Part shown: piece after piece, positions 1-9,881 of the stretch | Numbering within the stretch: the first letter of the stretch is position 1 | Layout of the letters: the number at the start of each line of letters is the position of its first letter | Assembly: GCA_963841735.1 (NCBI GenBank) | Contig: CAWJDT010000001.1 | Coordinates: 864,001-928,000 of the forward strand | Direction of reading: 5' to 3' | Source of the DNA: an uncultured Actinomycetes bacterium | GTDB taxonomy: Bacteria; Actinomycetota; Thermoleophilia; RBG-16-64-13 | Length of the DNA: 64,000 nucleotides | Made by a program: the position numbers and the translations under genes | Notes under the pieces: model-generated | Seen by the model: only the letters and a program-made list of their open reading frames with translations | What the model was told of the DNA's origin: nothing | Database searches by the model: none

Positions 1-3
1 GCG

Positions 4-1743
4 TTGCCGGTGGTCACCGGAGGACTGGCAGTGACGGTCACACTGGGCGCTATGTATCTCATCGGACGGGCGACCAGCATGTCCATTTTTGCCATGAACG
101 TGGCCACTCTGCTGGGGCTTGCGGTCGCCATCGACTATGCCCTGTTCATCGTGTGGCGCTTTCGGGAGGAGCTGCACCGGGGGGCCTCCGTGCGCGAGGC
201 CGTGGTGGTCACCACGGCCCGCGCCGGGCGCTCTGTGTTTTACAGTGGGGCCGCGGTTATGGTGGGCGTGGTGGGGCTGGTGTTCTTCCCGTCGCCGGGG
301 CTGCGTTCGCTCGGTATAGGGGGCGCGCTGGTGGTCTTCTTCTCGGTGGCGGCTTCGGTGACCTTCATGCCCGCCATCCTGGGGGTCCTTGGCCGCCGGG
401 TGGACGCCATCCCCGTTGTTCGGCTGCACGCGGCCCACGAGAGCAGACGGTGGAAGTGGTGGGCCCGCGTGGTGCTCCGCAGGCCGTGGCTCTCCATAGC
501 CGTCGCCCTTGTGCTCATCGCGCTGTTGGCCGCTCCGGCCCTTACGATGAAGACCCAGATGACCAACGCGTCGGCTCTCCCGGCAGGTGCAGAGGCCCGG
601 CAGGGCTTGGATATCCTTGAGACTGAGTTCGACAAGGAAGCGCTCTCGCCCACACTGGTGCTGCTCACCTGGAATGATGGTCAGACCATAGATGTGGCCA
701 GGGCCGCCTCCCTCTTCATGTTCGGTCAACAACTATCGTCGGTAGAAGGGGTGGCCTCGGTGCTAAGCCCCTTCACTCTCGCGGGGATGAGCGATCCTAC
801 GGCCCTAGTGGCTCTTTGGGATCAGTTCCAGCAGTTGCTCAACAATCCCGACGACTTCGTGGTGCCCGAAGGAGGGATGACCCTCGCCTCGGGCCAGACC
901 ATCACCGCCGAGGAACTCCAGCAGTTCAAGCAGCTCATCAAGGGCTCGGTCGCGCCCGGGGCGGTGCTGTACCGGGTGGAAGCCGACAAGGACTTGACCA
1001 ACGCACAGTCGAACGCCCTGGTTGAGGGGCTCATGGACGTCAGCCCGCAGGCCGGGTATGAGGTGCACGTGGCCGGAGAATCGGCCTTCAGCCATGATTT
1101 CCTGAAGTCGTTGGACTTCTGGCTGCCTTGGGTGGTGGCGTGGATAGTCTTCAGCAGCCTGGTCGTGTTCCTGCTGCTGCTTCGCAGCTTCGTGTTGCCG
1201 GTGCTGGCGGTGGCGGTGAACCTTCTCACCATCGCTATGAGCTACGGTTGGCTGGTCATCCTGTTCCAGACATCGGTCTTCGAGAAGGTGTTGCGCTTCA
1301 CCTCCACCGGTTCGGTGGATGCGATCAACAGGGTGCTCATGATGTGCATCCTGTTTGGCATTACCATGGACTACGCTGTGTTCATGCTCACCCGTATGCA
1401 CGAGCGCTGGCACCGCACCCGTGACGCTCGGGAGAGCGTCACCGTAGGTCTGGTGAGATCGGGGCGCATCATCGTGAGCGCGGCCCTTCTGGTGGTCATA
1501 GTCACCGGCGCGTTCGCCTTCACGAGCATCGGCACCACCAAGATGCTGGGCATCGGGATAGCGCTTTCGATCATGGTCGACACCCTACTGGTACGGCTGA
1601 TCCTGCTGCCGGCCGTGATGGTCTATCTAGGGAAGGCCAGTTGGTGGTGGCCGCGCGCAAGACGAGGACGCAAAGAGCGTGCTGGGGGCCGGGACTTGAC
1701 TCCCCAGCAGCGTCCTAGGCGGGAAGAAGCACCGAAAACGTAG
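4..1743 (+). CDS. MMPL/RND-family membrane transporter (5'-truncated by window edge)
   Basis: Multiple TM segments; duplicated MMPL motifs 'GLAVAIDYALFIVWRFREEL' and 'FGITMDYAVFMLTRMHERW', plus 'GRIIVSAA' and 'LVRLILLPAVM'. Confidence 0.9.
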   Translation: MPVVTGGLAVTVTLGAMYLIGRATSMSIFAMNVATLLGLAVAIDYALFIVWRFREELHRGASVREAVVVTTARAGRSVFYSGAAVMVGVVGLVFFPSPGLRSLGIGGALVVFFSVAASVTFMPAILGVLGRRVDAIPVVRLHAAHESRRWKWWARVVLRRPWLSIAVALVLIALLAAPALTMKTQMTNASALPAGAEARQGLDILETEFDKEALSPTLVLLTWNDGQTIDVARAASLFMFGQQLSSVEGVASVLSPFTLAGMSDPTALVALWDQFQQLLNNPDDFVVPEGGMTLASGQTITAEELQQFKQLIKGSVAPGAVLYRVEADKDLTNAQSNALVEGLMDVSPQAGYEVHVAGESAFSHDFLKSLDFWLPWVVAWIVFSSLVVFLLLLRSFVLPVLAVAVNLLTIAMSYGWLVILFQTSVFEKVLRFTSTGSVDAINRVLMMCILFGITMDYAVFMLTRMHERWHRTRDARESVTVGLVRSGRIIVSAALLVVIVTGAFAFTSIGTTKMLGIGIALSIMVDTLLVRLILLPAVMVYLGKASWWWPRARRGRKERAGGRDLTPQQRPRREEAPKT

Positions 1744-3169
1744 AGCCCTTGCCTTCTTCGCTCAGCACTTCAAGCCGTCCTCCGGCGCGCTCGGTCAGGC
1801 GCTTGACTATGGTCAGTCCCAGGCCGCTTCCCTCGAGCCCGCGGGTCTCGGGACGTCTTTCGCGGAAGAACTCGCCGAGCACCAGGTCGAGGTTCTCGTT
1901 GGCGATGCCTATGCCCGTGTCTGTCACCTCGATGCGCACCCATTCACCGTCGTGCCTGCCCCGCACGGTAACGCTTCCGCCGTCCCGGTTGTACTTGACG
2001 GCGTTGCCCACCAGGTTTGTCAGGATCACGGTCAGGTCGTCCGCGGGCACCAAGACGGGGGGCAGACCGGGCTCGATCTCCACCCGGCCACTGATGCCCC
2101 GGGCGGCCAGCCGTTCGGCTTCCAGCCCGAGGACGCTGTCGGCGACGGGCCCTACGTCCAGCAGCTCGGGCTGGGCTTGGGGCCGGGCCTGTTCGCTACG
2201 CGAAAGCGAGAGTAGATCGCCGATGAGCTGGACCATATTGTCGATGCGTTCTTCGGCTCGGCGCAGCATGGGCAGATAGCTCTCGAGGTCGTCTCCCAGG
2301 CTCTTGTCGGTGGCCACCTCGACGATTGCGCGGACGGCTCCCAGCGGGGACTTGAGCTCATGCACCATAGTGCGGATGAAGCGGGCCTTCTCCATAGCTA
2401 CGCGCCGCACCTCCGAGATATCCGAAAGCGTGAGGATGCGGCCCAGCGCGGTGCCGTCCTCGGCTCTGAACGTGACGATGCTGGTCATGAAGGCCCGCTC
2501 TCCCATGCTGAGCTGGCCGACGGTGCGGTCTTTGAGGGGGGCGACCAGGGGCTCGCAGAGCGGGGCGAGCGGGCCGTCCTGCAGCAGCTCCGCAGCCGGG
2601 CGGCGCAGGATTTCCTCTTGGGATGCGTCCAGGAGGGCACTCATGGCCCGGTTGGCGAGCATCACATCGCCATCCCGGTTGATCACCAACACGGCGTCGC
2701 GGAGTGACGAAACCAGGGAGTGGGTCTGGGTCTTCTCCTCCGCCAGCGCCAGCAGGCTCGCTTCGTGCTCTTTGCGCAGCTGCTCCGCTTCGGTGCGCGC
2801 CCGTTTGTGCCTGACCAAGGTCTCAACCACTCCCAGAAGGTCGTCGGGCAAGAATGGCTTGGGCAGGAAGAAGTCGACCCCTTGGCGGGTGGCCGCGATG
2901 GCCGTGTCGATGTTCGCGTACGCGGTGATCATGCAGGTCATCAACTGCAGTCCTTCGCGCTTGATGGTCTGCAAGATGGTGAGGCCATCGGTGTCGGGCA
3001 GCCGGTAGTCGAGCAGGCCCACGTCGAACGAGACGGTGCGCAGAAGGGCGAGAGCCTCCTCGCCGGTGGCCGCCTCCTCTACGTCGTAGCCTTCGAGCTC
3101 CAGGATCTGGCGGATGCCGGACCGCACCCCATACTCGTCGTCGACCACTAGGACGCGCGCGGGGGTCAT
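1715..3169 (-). CDS. Hybrid signalling protein: N-terminal receiver, PAS-like domain, HisKA, HATPase
   Basis: REC 'VLVVDDE...LLDYRLPDTDG...FFLPKPF'; PAS-like 'DAVLVINRDGDVMLANRA'; H box 'MVHELKSPL'; N box 'NLVGNAVKYN'; G boxes 'DTGIGI' and 'GSGLGL'. Confidence 0.92.
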   Translation of the reverse strand: MTPARVLVVDDEYGVRSGIRQILELEGYDVEEAATGEEALALLRTVSFDVGLLDYRLPDTDGLTILQTIKREGLQLMTCMITAYANIDTAIAATRQGVDFFLPKPFLPDDLLGVVETLVRHKRARTEAEQLRKEHEASLLALAEEKTQTHSLVSSLRDAVLVINRDGDVMLANRAMSALLDASQEEILRRPAAELLQDGPLAPLCEPLVAPLKDRTVGQLSMGERAFMTSIVTFRAEDGTALGRILTLSDISEVRRVAMEKARFIRTMVHELKSPLGAVRAIVEVATDKSLGDDLESYLPMLRRAEERIDNMVQLIGDLLSLSRSEQARPQAQPELLDVGPVADSVLGLEAERLAARGISGRVEIEPGLPPVLVPADDLTVILTNLVGNAVKYNRDGGSVTVRGRHDGEWVRIEVTDTGIGIANENLDLVLGEFFRERRPETRGLEGSGLGLTIVKRLTERAGGRLEVLSEEGKGSTFSVLLPA

Positions 3170-3594
3170 GACTGGTCTGTTCCCGTATGGGAGCCGGCCT
3201 TGTCGCCCAGGAACTCTTCGGCGATGCCCAGCAACTGTTTGCCTGTGGCGGGTTTGTCGACGAAGCGGTCAAGTCGGGACCAGGCGAGGAGGCCCTCGCC
3301 CTCTTGGTCAAAGCGCTCACCTGTCTCCCTGGCCACGCCACTCAGCATGACAATGGGCACCTGGGCCAGACGCTCACGCTTGCGGATCTCGTAGGCCACG
3401 CGGAAGCCGCTGTCGTAGCGCTCCATCATAAGGTCGAGAAAGATGATGTCGGGAGTGTCGGTCTCCAGAAAGTCCAAGGCCTCTTGGCCGCTCTCCGCAG
3501 TGTTGACCTTGTGGCCGCGACTTCCGAAGTAGGCGGCCTGGGCATCGAGGAAGTCCCGGTCGTCATCTACGAACAGGATGTTCCAGGAACTCAT
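3166..3594 (-). CDS. Single-domain response regulator (receiver only)
   Basis: 'ILFVDDD', phosphoacceptor 'FLDLMM', 'MLSG', 'DKP'; no output domain; 4-nt ATGA overlap with the downstream gene. Confidence 0.9.
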   Translation of the reverse strand: MSSWNILFVDDDRDFLDAQAAYFGSRGHKVNTAESGQEALDFLETDTPDIIFLDLMMERYDSGFRVAYEIRKRERLAQVPIVMLSGVARETGERFDQEGEGLLAWSRLDRFVDKPATGKQLLGIAEEFLGDKAGSHTGTDQS

Positions 3595-5603
3595 CTAGGG
3601 CTCCTTTCGCCGCTTGCGCGGGTCATGGGGATCTCAACATGGAAGGTTGTGCCGGCACCAGGCTCCGAGTCGAACCAGATGTTGCCGTTGTGCATCTTGA
3701 CGATGCCGTACGAGATAGGCAGGCCGAGGCCTGTGCCCTTGCCGATGCTCTTGGTGGTGAAGAAGGGTTGGAACACCTTGTCTTTTGCGCCCGCGCCGAT
3801 GCCGGAGCCCTGGTCGGCCACGCTGAAGCGAACGCGGTCGCCGCCGGGCAATATGTGCGCGCTCACCCGCACCTCGCCAGAGCGGCCCTCCATGGCTTCC
3901 ACGCCGTTCTTGATGAGGTTGACGAGCACCTGGGTCATCTGGTCGCGGTCGAGATCGGCGCGCAGACCGGGAGTCACATCCACCACGATCCGCATGTCTC
4001 GATCGGGACCGGGCGGAAGGTTACAGGCGGCGCCATCGGCGGCTGAAGAAACGAGCTCCTCCACCGACACCGTTTCTATGCGCACCCGGCTCTGGCGGGC
4101 GAAGTCGAGCAGGTTGCCAATGATCTTCTTGCAGCGTTCGGACTCCTCGGCCATGAGCTTGAGGTCGTGGTCAAGATCTTCTCTCCCTTGGAGCTTGCGC
4201 TGGATGATGTGGGAGTAGAGCAGGATGGTGCTCAAGGGGTTGTTGAGTTCATGGGCTACGCCCGCGGCCATCTGGCCCATAGAGGCCAGCTTCTCACTGT
4301 TGATGAGATGGCGGTGCACGTCGCGCAGGTTGTTCCAAGGCACGTGCAACTCGCTGCAGACCCGCTCCGACTGGTCGATGATGAACGGCAGGCACATAGC
4401 CTCTTCGGCCATGCCTTCGTACACCGCCTTGGCTTTGGCCCGGCAGGTGGGGTAGCCGCAGGCGCTGCAGTTGAGCTCGTCCTCGGGGAAGAACTTGTTG
4501 GTGTGGGCCAGGATCTCGCGGATCTCTTCCTCGGTGGGGCCCTCGGACCTCTGGTCGTTGGGCTCGAAGCGCCGCGTGAGGCACACCGGCGCCGCGCCCG
4601 GCTCATAGGCGGGGAGGGTACCTTCGTCTTGGCGGCGCAGACTGCCCGCGGCGAATTCCGCCACCCGGCGCCGCCGTGTCATTCCGGGCTCGTTGCTGTC
4701 CACCCCGGGGCCCGCGTAGCAGCCTCTGCACATCAGGGCCTCTACGAGCAAGGTGCCCTCGATGTCACTCTCTGAGAGGCCGTCAAGGGTTTCCACGGTC
4801 TCGTCCTTGCCGCTGACAACGATGAGCCGAGGGTCAAGGATGCCGTCACCGATGCCGGCGCTCTCCAACATGCCCCCAGGAACGGGGTAGATGCGGGCCT
4901 TGCCGGCGTGGGGCGGATCGAAATCGCTCGGAGGGGCTAGGGCGGGATCAACGCCTCTCGCCGACAGTACGCGCTCCATCTCGACCAAGGTAAGGACTTC
5001 GTCGACCACCCCTACGATCTCGGAGTCGAGTATCTCTGCTTTCTTTGCGACGCAGGGTCCGATGAAGACGCAGCGGACGTGCTGCCCGTAGCGCCGTTTG
5101 ACCTCGAGGGCCGTGGCGACCATGGGCGAGACGATGGGCATGATGCGGTCGGTCAGTTCGGGGTGATACTTGCGGACGTACTCTACGACCGCGGGGCAGG
5201 CGCTGGCTATGTGGATGCCGGTGGGGTTTGCCTTCAGGAAGTCGTGGCAGGCTTGGTTGACCTGGTCGGCTCCGTGGGCCACTTCGATGACGTAGGTGAA
5301 CCCCGCCTTGCGCAGGGCACCGATGATCTGGGCGGGGGGCAGTGAAAAGCCGGCTGGAAACGACGGGGCGAGCAGCGCGGCCGCGGTGCCGCGATGCAGG
5401 AGGTTGAAGGTGCCCTCAAGGCCGCTCTTGTAGGCCTTGGCGTCCTGCGAACACACCATGGTGCAGTTGCCGCAGCTTATGCACCGGTCGGCCACCACCG
5501 ACGCCTGACCGTCTTCGATGCGGATGGCTTTGGCCGGACAGTCGCGCACGCAGGTGTAGCACCGGCGGCAGTTCTGCTTGATGGTGTTGATTATGCCTTC
5601 CAT
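3591..5603 (-). CDS. Sensory-type (group C1-like) [FeFe]-hydrogenase fused to a histidine kinase
   Basis: Start set at ATG 5603 (GGGAG SD). Two 4Fe-4S motifs (CRRCYTCVRDCP, CISCGNCTMVC); H-cluster motifs 'ASACP', 'GPCVAKKAE', 'EALMCRGCYAGPG'; FeS motif 'NCSACGYPTC...MCLPF'; H box 'GVAHELNNPL'; intact N/G1/F/G2 boxes. Confidence 0.9.
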   Translation of the reverse strand: MEGIINTIKQNCRRCYTCVRDCPAKAIRIEDGQASVVADRCISCGNCTMVCSQDAKAYKSGLEGTFNLLHRGTAAALLAPSFPAGFSLPPAQIIGALRKAGFTYVIEVAHGADQVNQACHDFLKANPTGIHIASACPAVVEYVRKYHPELTDRIMPIVSPMVATALEVKRRYGQHVRCVFIGPCVAKKAEILDSEIVGVVDEVLTLVEMERVLSARGVDPALAPPSDFDPPHAGKARIYPVPGGMLESAGIGDGILDPRLIVVSGKDETVETLDGLSESDIEGTLLVEALMCRGCYAGPGVDSNEPGMTRRRRVAEFAAGSLRRQDEGTLPAYEPGAAPVCLTRRFEPNDQRSEGPTEEEIREILAHTNKFFPEDELNCSACGYPTCRAKAKAVYEGMAEEAMCLPFIIDQSERVCSELHVPWNNLRDVHRHLINSEKLASMGQMAAGVAHELNNPLSTILLYSHIIQRKLQGREDLDHDLKLMAEESERCKKIIGNLLDFARQSRVRIETVSVEELVSSAADGAACNLPPGPDRDMRIVVDVTPGLRADLDRDQMTQVLVNLIKNGVEAMEGRSGEVRVSAHILPGGDRVRFSVADQGSGIGAGAKDKVFQPFFTTKSIGKGTGLGLPISYGIVKMHNGNIWFDSEPGAGTTFHVEIPMTRASGERSPR

Positions 5604-5613
5604 CGCTCCCCGG

Positions 5614-7362
5614 TCAGTGGGCTGAGCCCGCGCAGGCCTTGCCGCGGGTGACAATATCGTCACCCGCAAGCGCCGCGGGGCTGCGGTCGGTGTAAGTGCG
5701 GTGCAACAGCCGGTGCGACACTTCGCTGAGCGGCCTGCCGAGGAGCTCTTCGTAGAGGGTGGCGACGTTCTTGTTCTCGTGCGAGACTCGGACCGCGGCC
5801 TCGGCGTCGGCAGCGTGAAGACGGTCGATGCGCTTGCGCACGTCCTTCATCTCGCCCTGGTACGGCTGACCGCCACCTCCCGCGCAACCGCCTGGGCACG
5901 ACATGACCTCGACGAAATGCATGCCCGCAAGGGCCTCCTCCAGTCCCGGCCGCAGTCGGCCGAGCCCGTTGATGACCCCGAGCTTGAGGGTGGTGTCGCC
6001 CACGTCCAGGGTGAAGCTCTTGACTCCGTCTAGTCCGCGGGCCTCGGTCAGAGGTCCGGCCGGGACTTCCGCCCCCACCAGCGTGGCCGCCGTGCGCACG
6101 GCGGCCTCCATCACGCCGCCGGTGCCTCCGAACAGCCGCGCCGCGCCGGTGGCTTCCACAAACGGAGCATCCAGCGGGGCGCGTTCTCCGAAGGCGTCGA
6201 AGTCGATGCCAAAGCGTTGCCACAGGGCGCTCAGTTCCCTGGTGGTGAGTACGTAGTCGACGTCACCCAGGTCCTGCGCCTCATACTTCTTGGCGGTGCA
6301 GGGCATCAGCGAGACCAGCACCAGGAGTTTGTCGCCCAGGGCGGCGAACTTGGGGTAGATCTCCTTGATGAGGGCTCCGGCCATCTGCTGGGGCGACTTG
6401 CAGGTGGACATGTTGGGGATGAGGTCGGGCCTGTGCAATTCGACGTAGTTGACCCAAGCCGGGGAGCAACTGGTGAACATAGGAAGCGGCCCGCCACCTT
6501 GGAGACGCTTCACCAGCTCCGTGGCCTCCTCCATGATGGTGAGGTCGGCGGCGAAGCCCGTGTCGAACACCGCGGCCACGCCGATGCGCTTAAGGGCGGC
6601 AGCCAGGTGTTCCAGCATGGCCGGCACCGTGGGGGGTTTGTTGCGGGCGACCGCTAGGGTGGCCGGCACCGCGGGGGCGATCTGCACGACTACCACCGTG
6701 TCGGGATCGCCGAGCGCGGCCACCACGGCGTCGACGTGGCTGCGCTCCATGAGGGCCCCGGTCGGGCAGACCCGCACGCATTGGCCACAGTATGTGCAGC
6801 CCGACATGTTGATCCCGGCAGAGAAACCGGGACCCACTTGGGTGCGGAAGCCCCGGTCGATGAAGTCTATAGCCCCTATGCCCTGGATCTGATTGCACAT
6901 GGTGACGCAGCGCCCGCAAAGCACGCATTTATTGGGATCGCGCCAAATGGCCGGCGACGAGATATCCAAGAGTTGATCCTTCTTCATGCCCACATACTGC
7001 CTCGGCCGGGCGCCAAGCTCCTGGGCCAGCTCGGCCAGTTCACACGTTCCCGAGCGGTGGCAGACCAGGCAGTCCTGGGGATGGTTGGCCACCATCAGTT
7101 CGACGATGGCCCGGCGGGCCTTGAGTATCCGAGGGGTGTGGGTGTGCACCACCAAGCCGTCGGTGGCCGGGAGGGTACAACTGGTCTGGAGCTTGGGAGA
7201 CCCCTCGACTTCCACCACGCAGAGGCGGCACGAGGCCGAGGGCGAAGGTGCCCAATCCAAGGAACAAAGGTGGGGGATGTCGATGCCGGCCTTGCGGGCC
7301 ACCTGAAGCACGGTGTCACCCGGGTTGAACTCCAGCGCTATACCGTTGATGCTGATACTCAC
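5614..7362 (-). CDS. hydA: [FeFe]-hydrogenase catalytic subunit, group A3 (multimeric, NAD-linked)
   Basis: N-terminal 2Fe-2S, His-ligated 4Fe-4S (HPQDCLVCHRSGTC) and two 4Fe-4S motifs; H-cluster motifs FTSCSPAW, MPCTAKKYE, EVMSCPGGCAGGGGQP; C-terminal small-subunit-like 'HRLLHRTY'. Confidence 0.95.
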   Translation of the reverse strand: MSISINGIALEFNPGDTVLQVARKAGIDIPHLCSLDWAPSPSASCRLCVVEVEGSPKLQTSCTLPATDGLVVHTHTPRILKARRAIVELMVANHPQDCLVCHRSGTCELAELAQELGARPRQYVGMKKDQLLDISSPAIWRDPNKCVLCGRCVTMCNQIQGIGAIDFIDRGFRTQVGPGFSAGINMSGCTYCGQCVRVCPTGALMERSHVDAVVAALGDPDTVVVVQIAPAVPATLAVARNKPPTVPAMLEHLAAALKRIGVAAVFDTGFAADLTIMEEATELVKRLQGGGPLPMFTSCSPAWVNYVELHRPDLIPNMSTCKSPQQMAGALIKEIYPKFAALGDKLLVLVSLMPCTAKKYEAQDLGDVDYVLTTRELSALWQRFGIDFDAFGERAPLDAPFVEATGAARLFGGTGGVMEAAVRTAATLVGAEVPAGPLTEARGLDGVKSFTLDVGDTTLKLGVINGLGRLRPGLEEALAGMHFVEVMSCPGGCAGGGGQPYQGEMKDVRKRIDRLHAADAEAAVRVSHENKNVATLYEELLGRPLSEVSHRLLHRTYTDRSPAALAGDDIVTRGKACAGSAH

Positions 7363-7380
7363 AGTGACCTCTTTTTCCGC

Positions 7381-9372
7381 TCAGGCGACGAGGGATATCG
7401 ACTTTTTGGGGCAAGCGTCTATGCAGGCGCCGCAGCCCAGACAACGATCGACGATTATGTAATGGGCACTCTTGCGCTCGCCCACGATCGCACCCGACGG
7501 GCACTGCTTCTTGCAGACCTGGCAGCCGGTGCAGGTGGCGTTGTCTACCAGGTAGGTGCGCAGTCCCTGACACACGCCCGCCGGGCAGCGGTCTTCCATG
7601 ATGTGCGCCTCGTACTCGTCGCGGAAGAACCGGAGTGTGGAGAGCACCGGGTTGGCTGCCGACTGACCGAGCCCACACAGGGAGGTGTCCTTGATGGTCT
7701 GGGCCAGCTCTTCCAGATGGAGCAGGCCGCGGAAGCGCTCGAGCCGGCCGATTTCGTTGCCCACCGATCGTTCCGTAAGGGCCGTGAGGATCTCGAACAT
7801 GCGGGTGGTGCCCTCCCTGCAGGGGGTGCACTTGCCGCAAGACTCGTTGCGGATGAACTCCATGAAGTACTTGGCCACGTCGACCATGCAGCTGCGCTCG
7901 TCCATGACCACCATGCCGCCCGAACCCATCATGGCGCCCAGCTCCTGCAACTTGCCGTAGTCGGTGGGCACGTCCAGATACGCCTCGGGGATGCAGCCGC
8001 CGCTGGGCCCGCCCAGCTGCACCGCCTTGATCTGATGCCCTTCTGGAGCGCCGCCACCGATGACGCAGACCACCTCGCGCAGCGGGATGCCCACGGGTAC
8101 TTCGACCAGACCGGTGTTGCGCACCCGCCCGCTGAGGGCGAAGATCTTGGTGCCGGCCGCGTCGCCGATGCCTATGTTCTGGAACCACTCCGGCCCATTG
8201 CGGAGGATGCCGGGAATGTTGGCGAGAGTCTCCACATTGTTGAGAACGGTGGGCATGCCGTGCAGTCCGGCGACCGCCGGGTACGGCGGTCGCGGCCGGG
8301 GCATACCCCGTCCCCCTTCGATGCTGGCCAGGATGGCCGTCTCTTCTCCGCAGACAAAGGCGCCCGCGCCCTGCTTGATGACGATGTCGAGATCGGTGAG
8401 GCTGTCCAGGATGTTGTTGCCCAGCAGCCCGGTCGCACGGCACTGGGCGATGGCGCCCTGCAGGCGCTGGATGGCCAGGGGGTACTCGGCTCGACAGTAG
8501 ATGTAGGCCTTGTCCGCCCCGATGGCGTAAGCGGCGATGAGTATGCCCTCGATCACTCGGAAGGGGTCGCCCTCCAGCACCGCGCGGTCCATAAAGGCGC
8601 CCGGGTCGCCCTCGTCGGCGTTGCATATGAGGTACTTCTGGGCGGCGGGGGTGTCGAGAGCGATCTTCCACTTCTGTCCTGTAGGGAAGCCGGCTCCACC
8701 TCGTCCGCGGAGCCCCGATTTGGCGACCAGGTTGCACACCTCGGCGCGGGTCATGGTGGTAAGTGCCCGGGCCGCGGCGGCGAAGCCGCCGGCGGCCAGG
8801 GCGGAGTCAAGGGAGGAGGGGTCAATGAGGCCGCAGTTGTCGAGCACCACTCGGGTCTGGCGGCTGAAAAAGGGCGTATCGGCCACCAGAGGCACATCTT
8901 CGAGGCCGGGGACGTCACCGTAGCGGCCGTAGAGGAAGCGGTTGCGCCGCTCGCCCTTGTCGAAGACCGACTCGAGGAACTCCTCGATGTTGTCGGGGGA
9001 GAGGTCGCAGTAGGACAGCCGGGGACCGTCGCCTTGCTGCAGGTCGACAAAGACCTCTCTTTGGCAGTAGCCACCACAGCCTACTTCCACGATGGTGACC
9101 GGCAAGGAGTGTGCTTCGAGGTACGACTTGGCCTTGGCGATGAGGTGCAGCGCCCCGTTCGCGCAGCCGCAGGTGCCCGCGCCTACGAACAGCACGGTGC
9201 CCTCGCCGCCGCGCCGGACCTGCGCCAGCCGGGCCGCGCGCCGGTCGCGGCAGGCGTCGTCGGTGTGGCATGCCGGGCCGGCCGTTAGACACGCCAACAG
9301 GTCGGCACAGGGATGTTCGGGAGAGTGAGTGCATCGGGTGCAGCAGGGTGAGACCAGAGTGCTCGCGCTCAT
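7381..9372 (-). CDS. hydB: [FeFe]-hydrogenase FMN/NADH-binding subunit (NuoF-like) with N-terminal Cys-rich extension and thioredoxin-like FeS domain
   Basis: Start set at ATG 9372 (ATGA overlap with the hydC stop). Motifs 'GLRGRGGAGFPTG', 'NADEGDPGAFMDR', 'GAGAFVCGEET', 'GGPSGG', 'ESCGKCTPCREG', 'SLCGLG'; two C-terminal 4Fe-4S motifs. Confidence 0.93.
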   Translation of the reverse strand: MSASTLVSPCCTRCTHSPEHPCADLLACLTAGPACHTDDACRDRRAARLAQVRRGGEGTVLFVGAGTCGCANGALHLIAKAKSYLEAHSLPVTIVEVGCGGYCQREVFVDLQQGDGPRLSYCDLSPDNIEEFLESVFDKGERRNRFLYGRYGDVPGLEDVPLVADTPFFSRQTRVVLDNCGLIDPSSLDSALAAGGFAAAARALTTMTRAEVCNLVAKSGLRGRGGAGFPTGQKWKIALDTPAAQKYLICNADEGDPGAFMDRAVLEGDPFRVIEGILIAAYAIGADKAYIYCRAEYPLAIQRLQGAIAQCRATGLLGNNILDSLTDLDIVIKQGAGAFVCGEETAILASIEGGRGMPRPRPPYPAVAGLHGMPTVLNNVETLANIPGILRNGPEWFQNIGIGDAAGTKIFALSGRVRNTGLVEVPVGIPLREVVCVIGGGAPEGHQIKAVQLGGPSGGCIPEAYLDVPTDYGKLQELGAMMGSGGMVVMDERSCMVDVAKYFMEFIRNESCGKCTPCREGTTRMFEILTALTERSVGNEIGRLERFRGLLHLEELAQTIKDTSLCGLGQSAANPVLSTLRFFRDEYEAHIMEDRCPAGVCQGLRTYLVDNATCTGCQVCKKQCPSGAIVGERKSAHYIIVDRCLGCGACIDACPKKSISLVA

Positions 9373-9881
9373 GACAGGCTCACCTCTACGGGGCAAGCCG
9401 CCGCCCCCAGGCCGGCGGCTCTGTCCGTGGCCGCGTCCACCTCATCAAGCAGGGCTTCCAGTTTCTCGACGGTGAGGTGACCGTGGAACTCGCCGTCCAG
9501 CTTGATGACGGGGGCTATGGAGCAGGCGCCCAGACAGGCTACGCGGAGCACCGAGAAGCGCCCGTCGGCGGAATTGCCGTCTGGACGCAGCTTGAGTCGG
9601 CGCTGCAGATACTGGGCAAGCGCTAGGCTCTGCTTCACGTGGCACGCCGTGCCCCTGCATATCTCGATCACGTGCTTCCCCAGGGGGGCGAAGCGGAACT
9701 GGTTGTAGAAGGTGGCAACGCCGTAGACGCCGGCCACAGGAGTGTCCAGGGCCTGGGCCACTCCCATCATGGCTTCCTGGGATAGAAAGCCTTCTCGAGC
9801 CTGCAGTTCTTGAAGCAGAGGTATCAGTTGGTCGCGGGACAGGCCGGTCCTATCCGCGAGCAGCGACTCGACGTTGTTCAC
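9369..9881 (-). CDS. hydC: [FeFe]-hydrogenase 2Fe-2S subunit (NuoE-like)
   Basis: 'LIPLLQELQ', 'GVATFYNQF', CRGTAC and CLGAC [2Fe-2S] ligands. Confidence 0.93.
   Translation of the reverse strand: MNNVESLLADRTGLSRDQLIPLLQELQAREGFLSQEAMMGVAQALDTPVAGVYGVATFYNQFRFAPLGKHVIEICRGTACHVKQSLALAQYLQRRLKLRPDGNSADGRFSVLRVACLGACSIAPVIKLDGEFHGHLTVEKLEALLDEVDAATDRAAGLGAAACPVEVSLS

Noticed and set aside
3187-4218. 343-aa plus-strand ORF
   Set aside because: Antisense to the receiver and hydrogenase-kinase genes, which carry clear motifs.
6450-6480. HydA 'TSCSP' instead of 'TSCCP' as a sign of inactivation
   Set aside because: This variant is common among multimeric group A3 hydrogenases, and the other motifs are intact.
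6736-9288. 850-aa plus-strand ORF
   Set aside because: Antisense shadow of hydA/hydB, expected from GC-biased codon usage; no motifs of its own.
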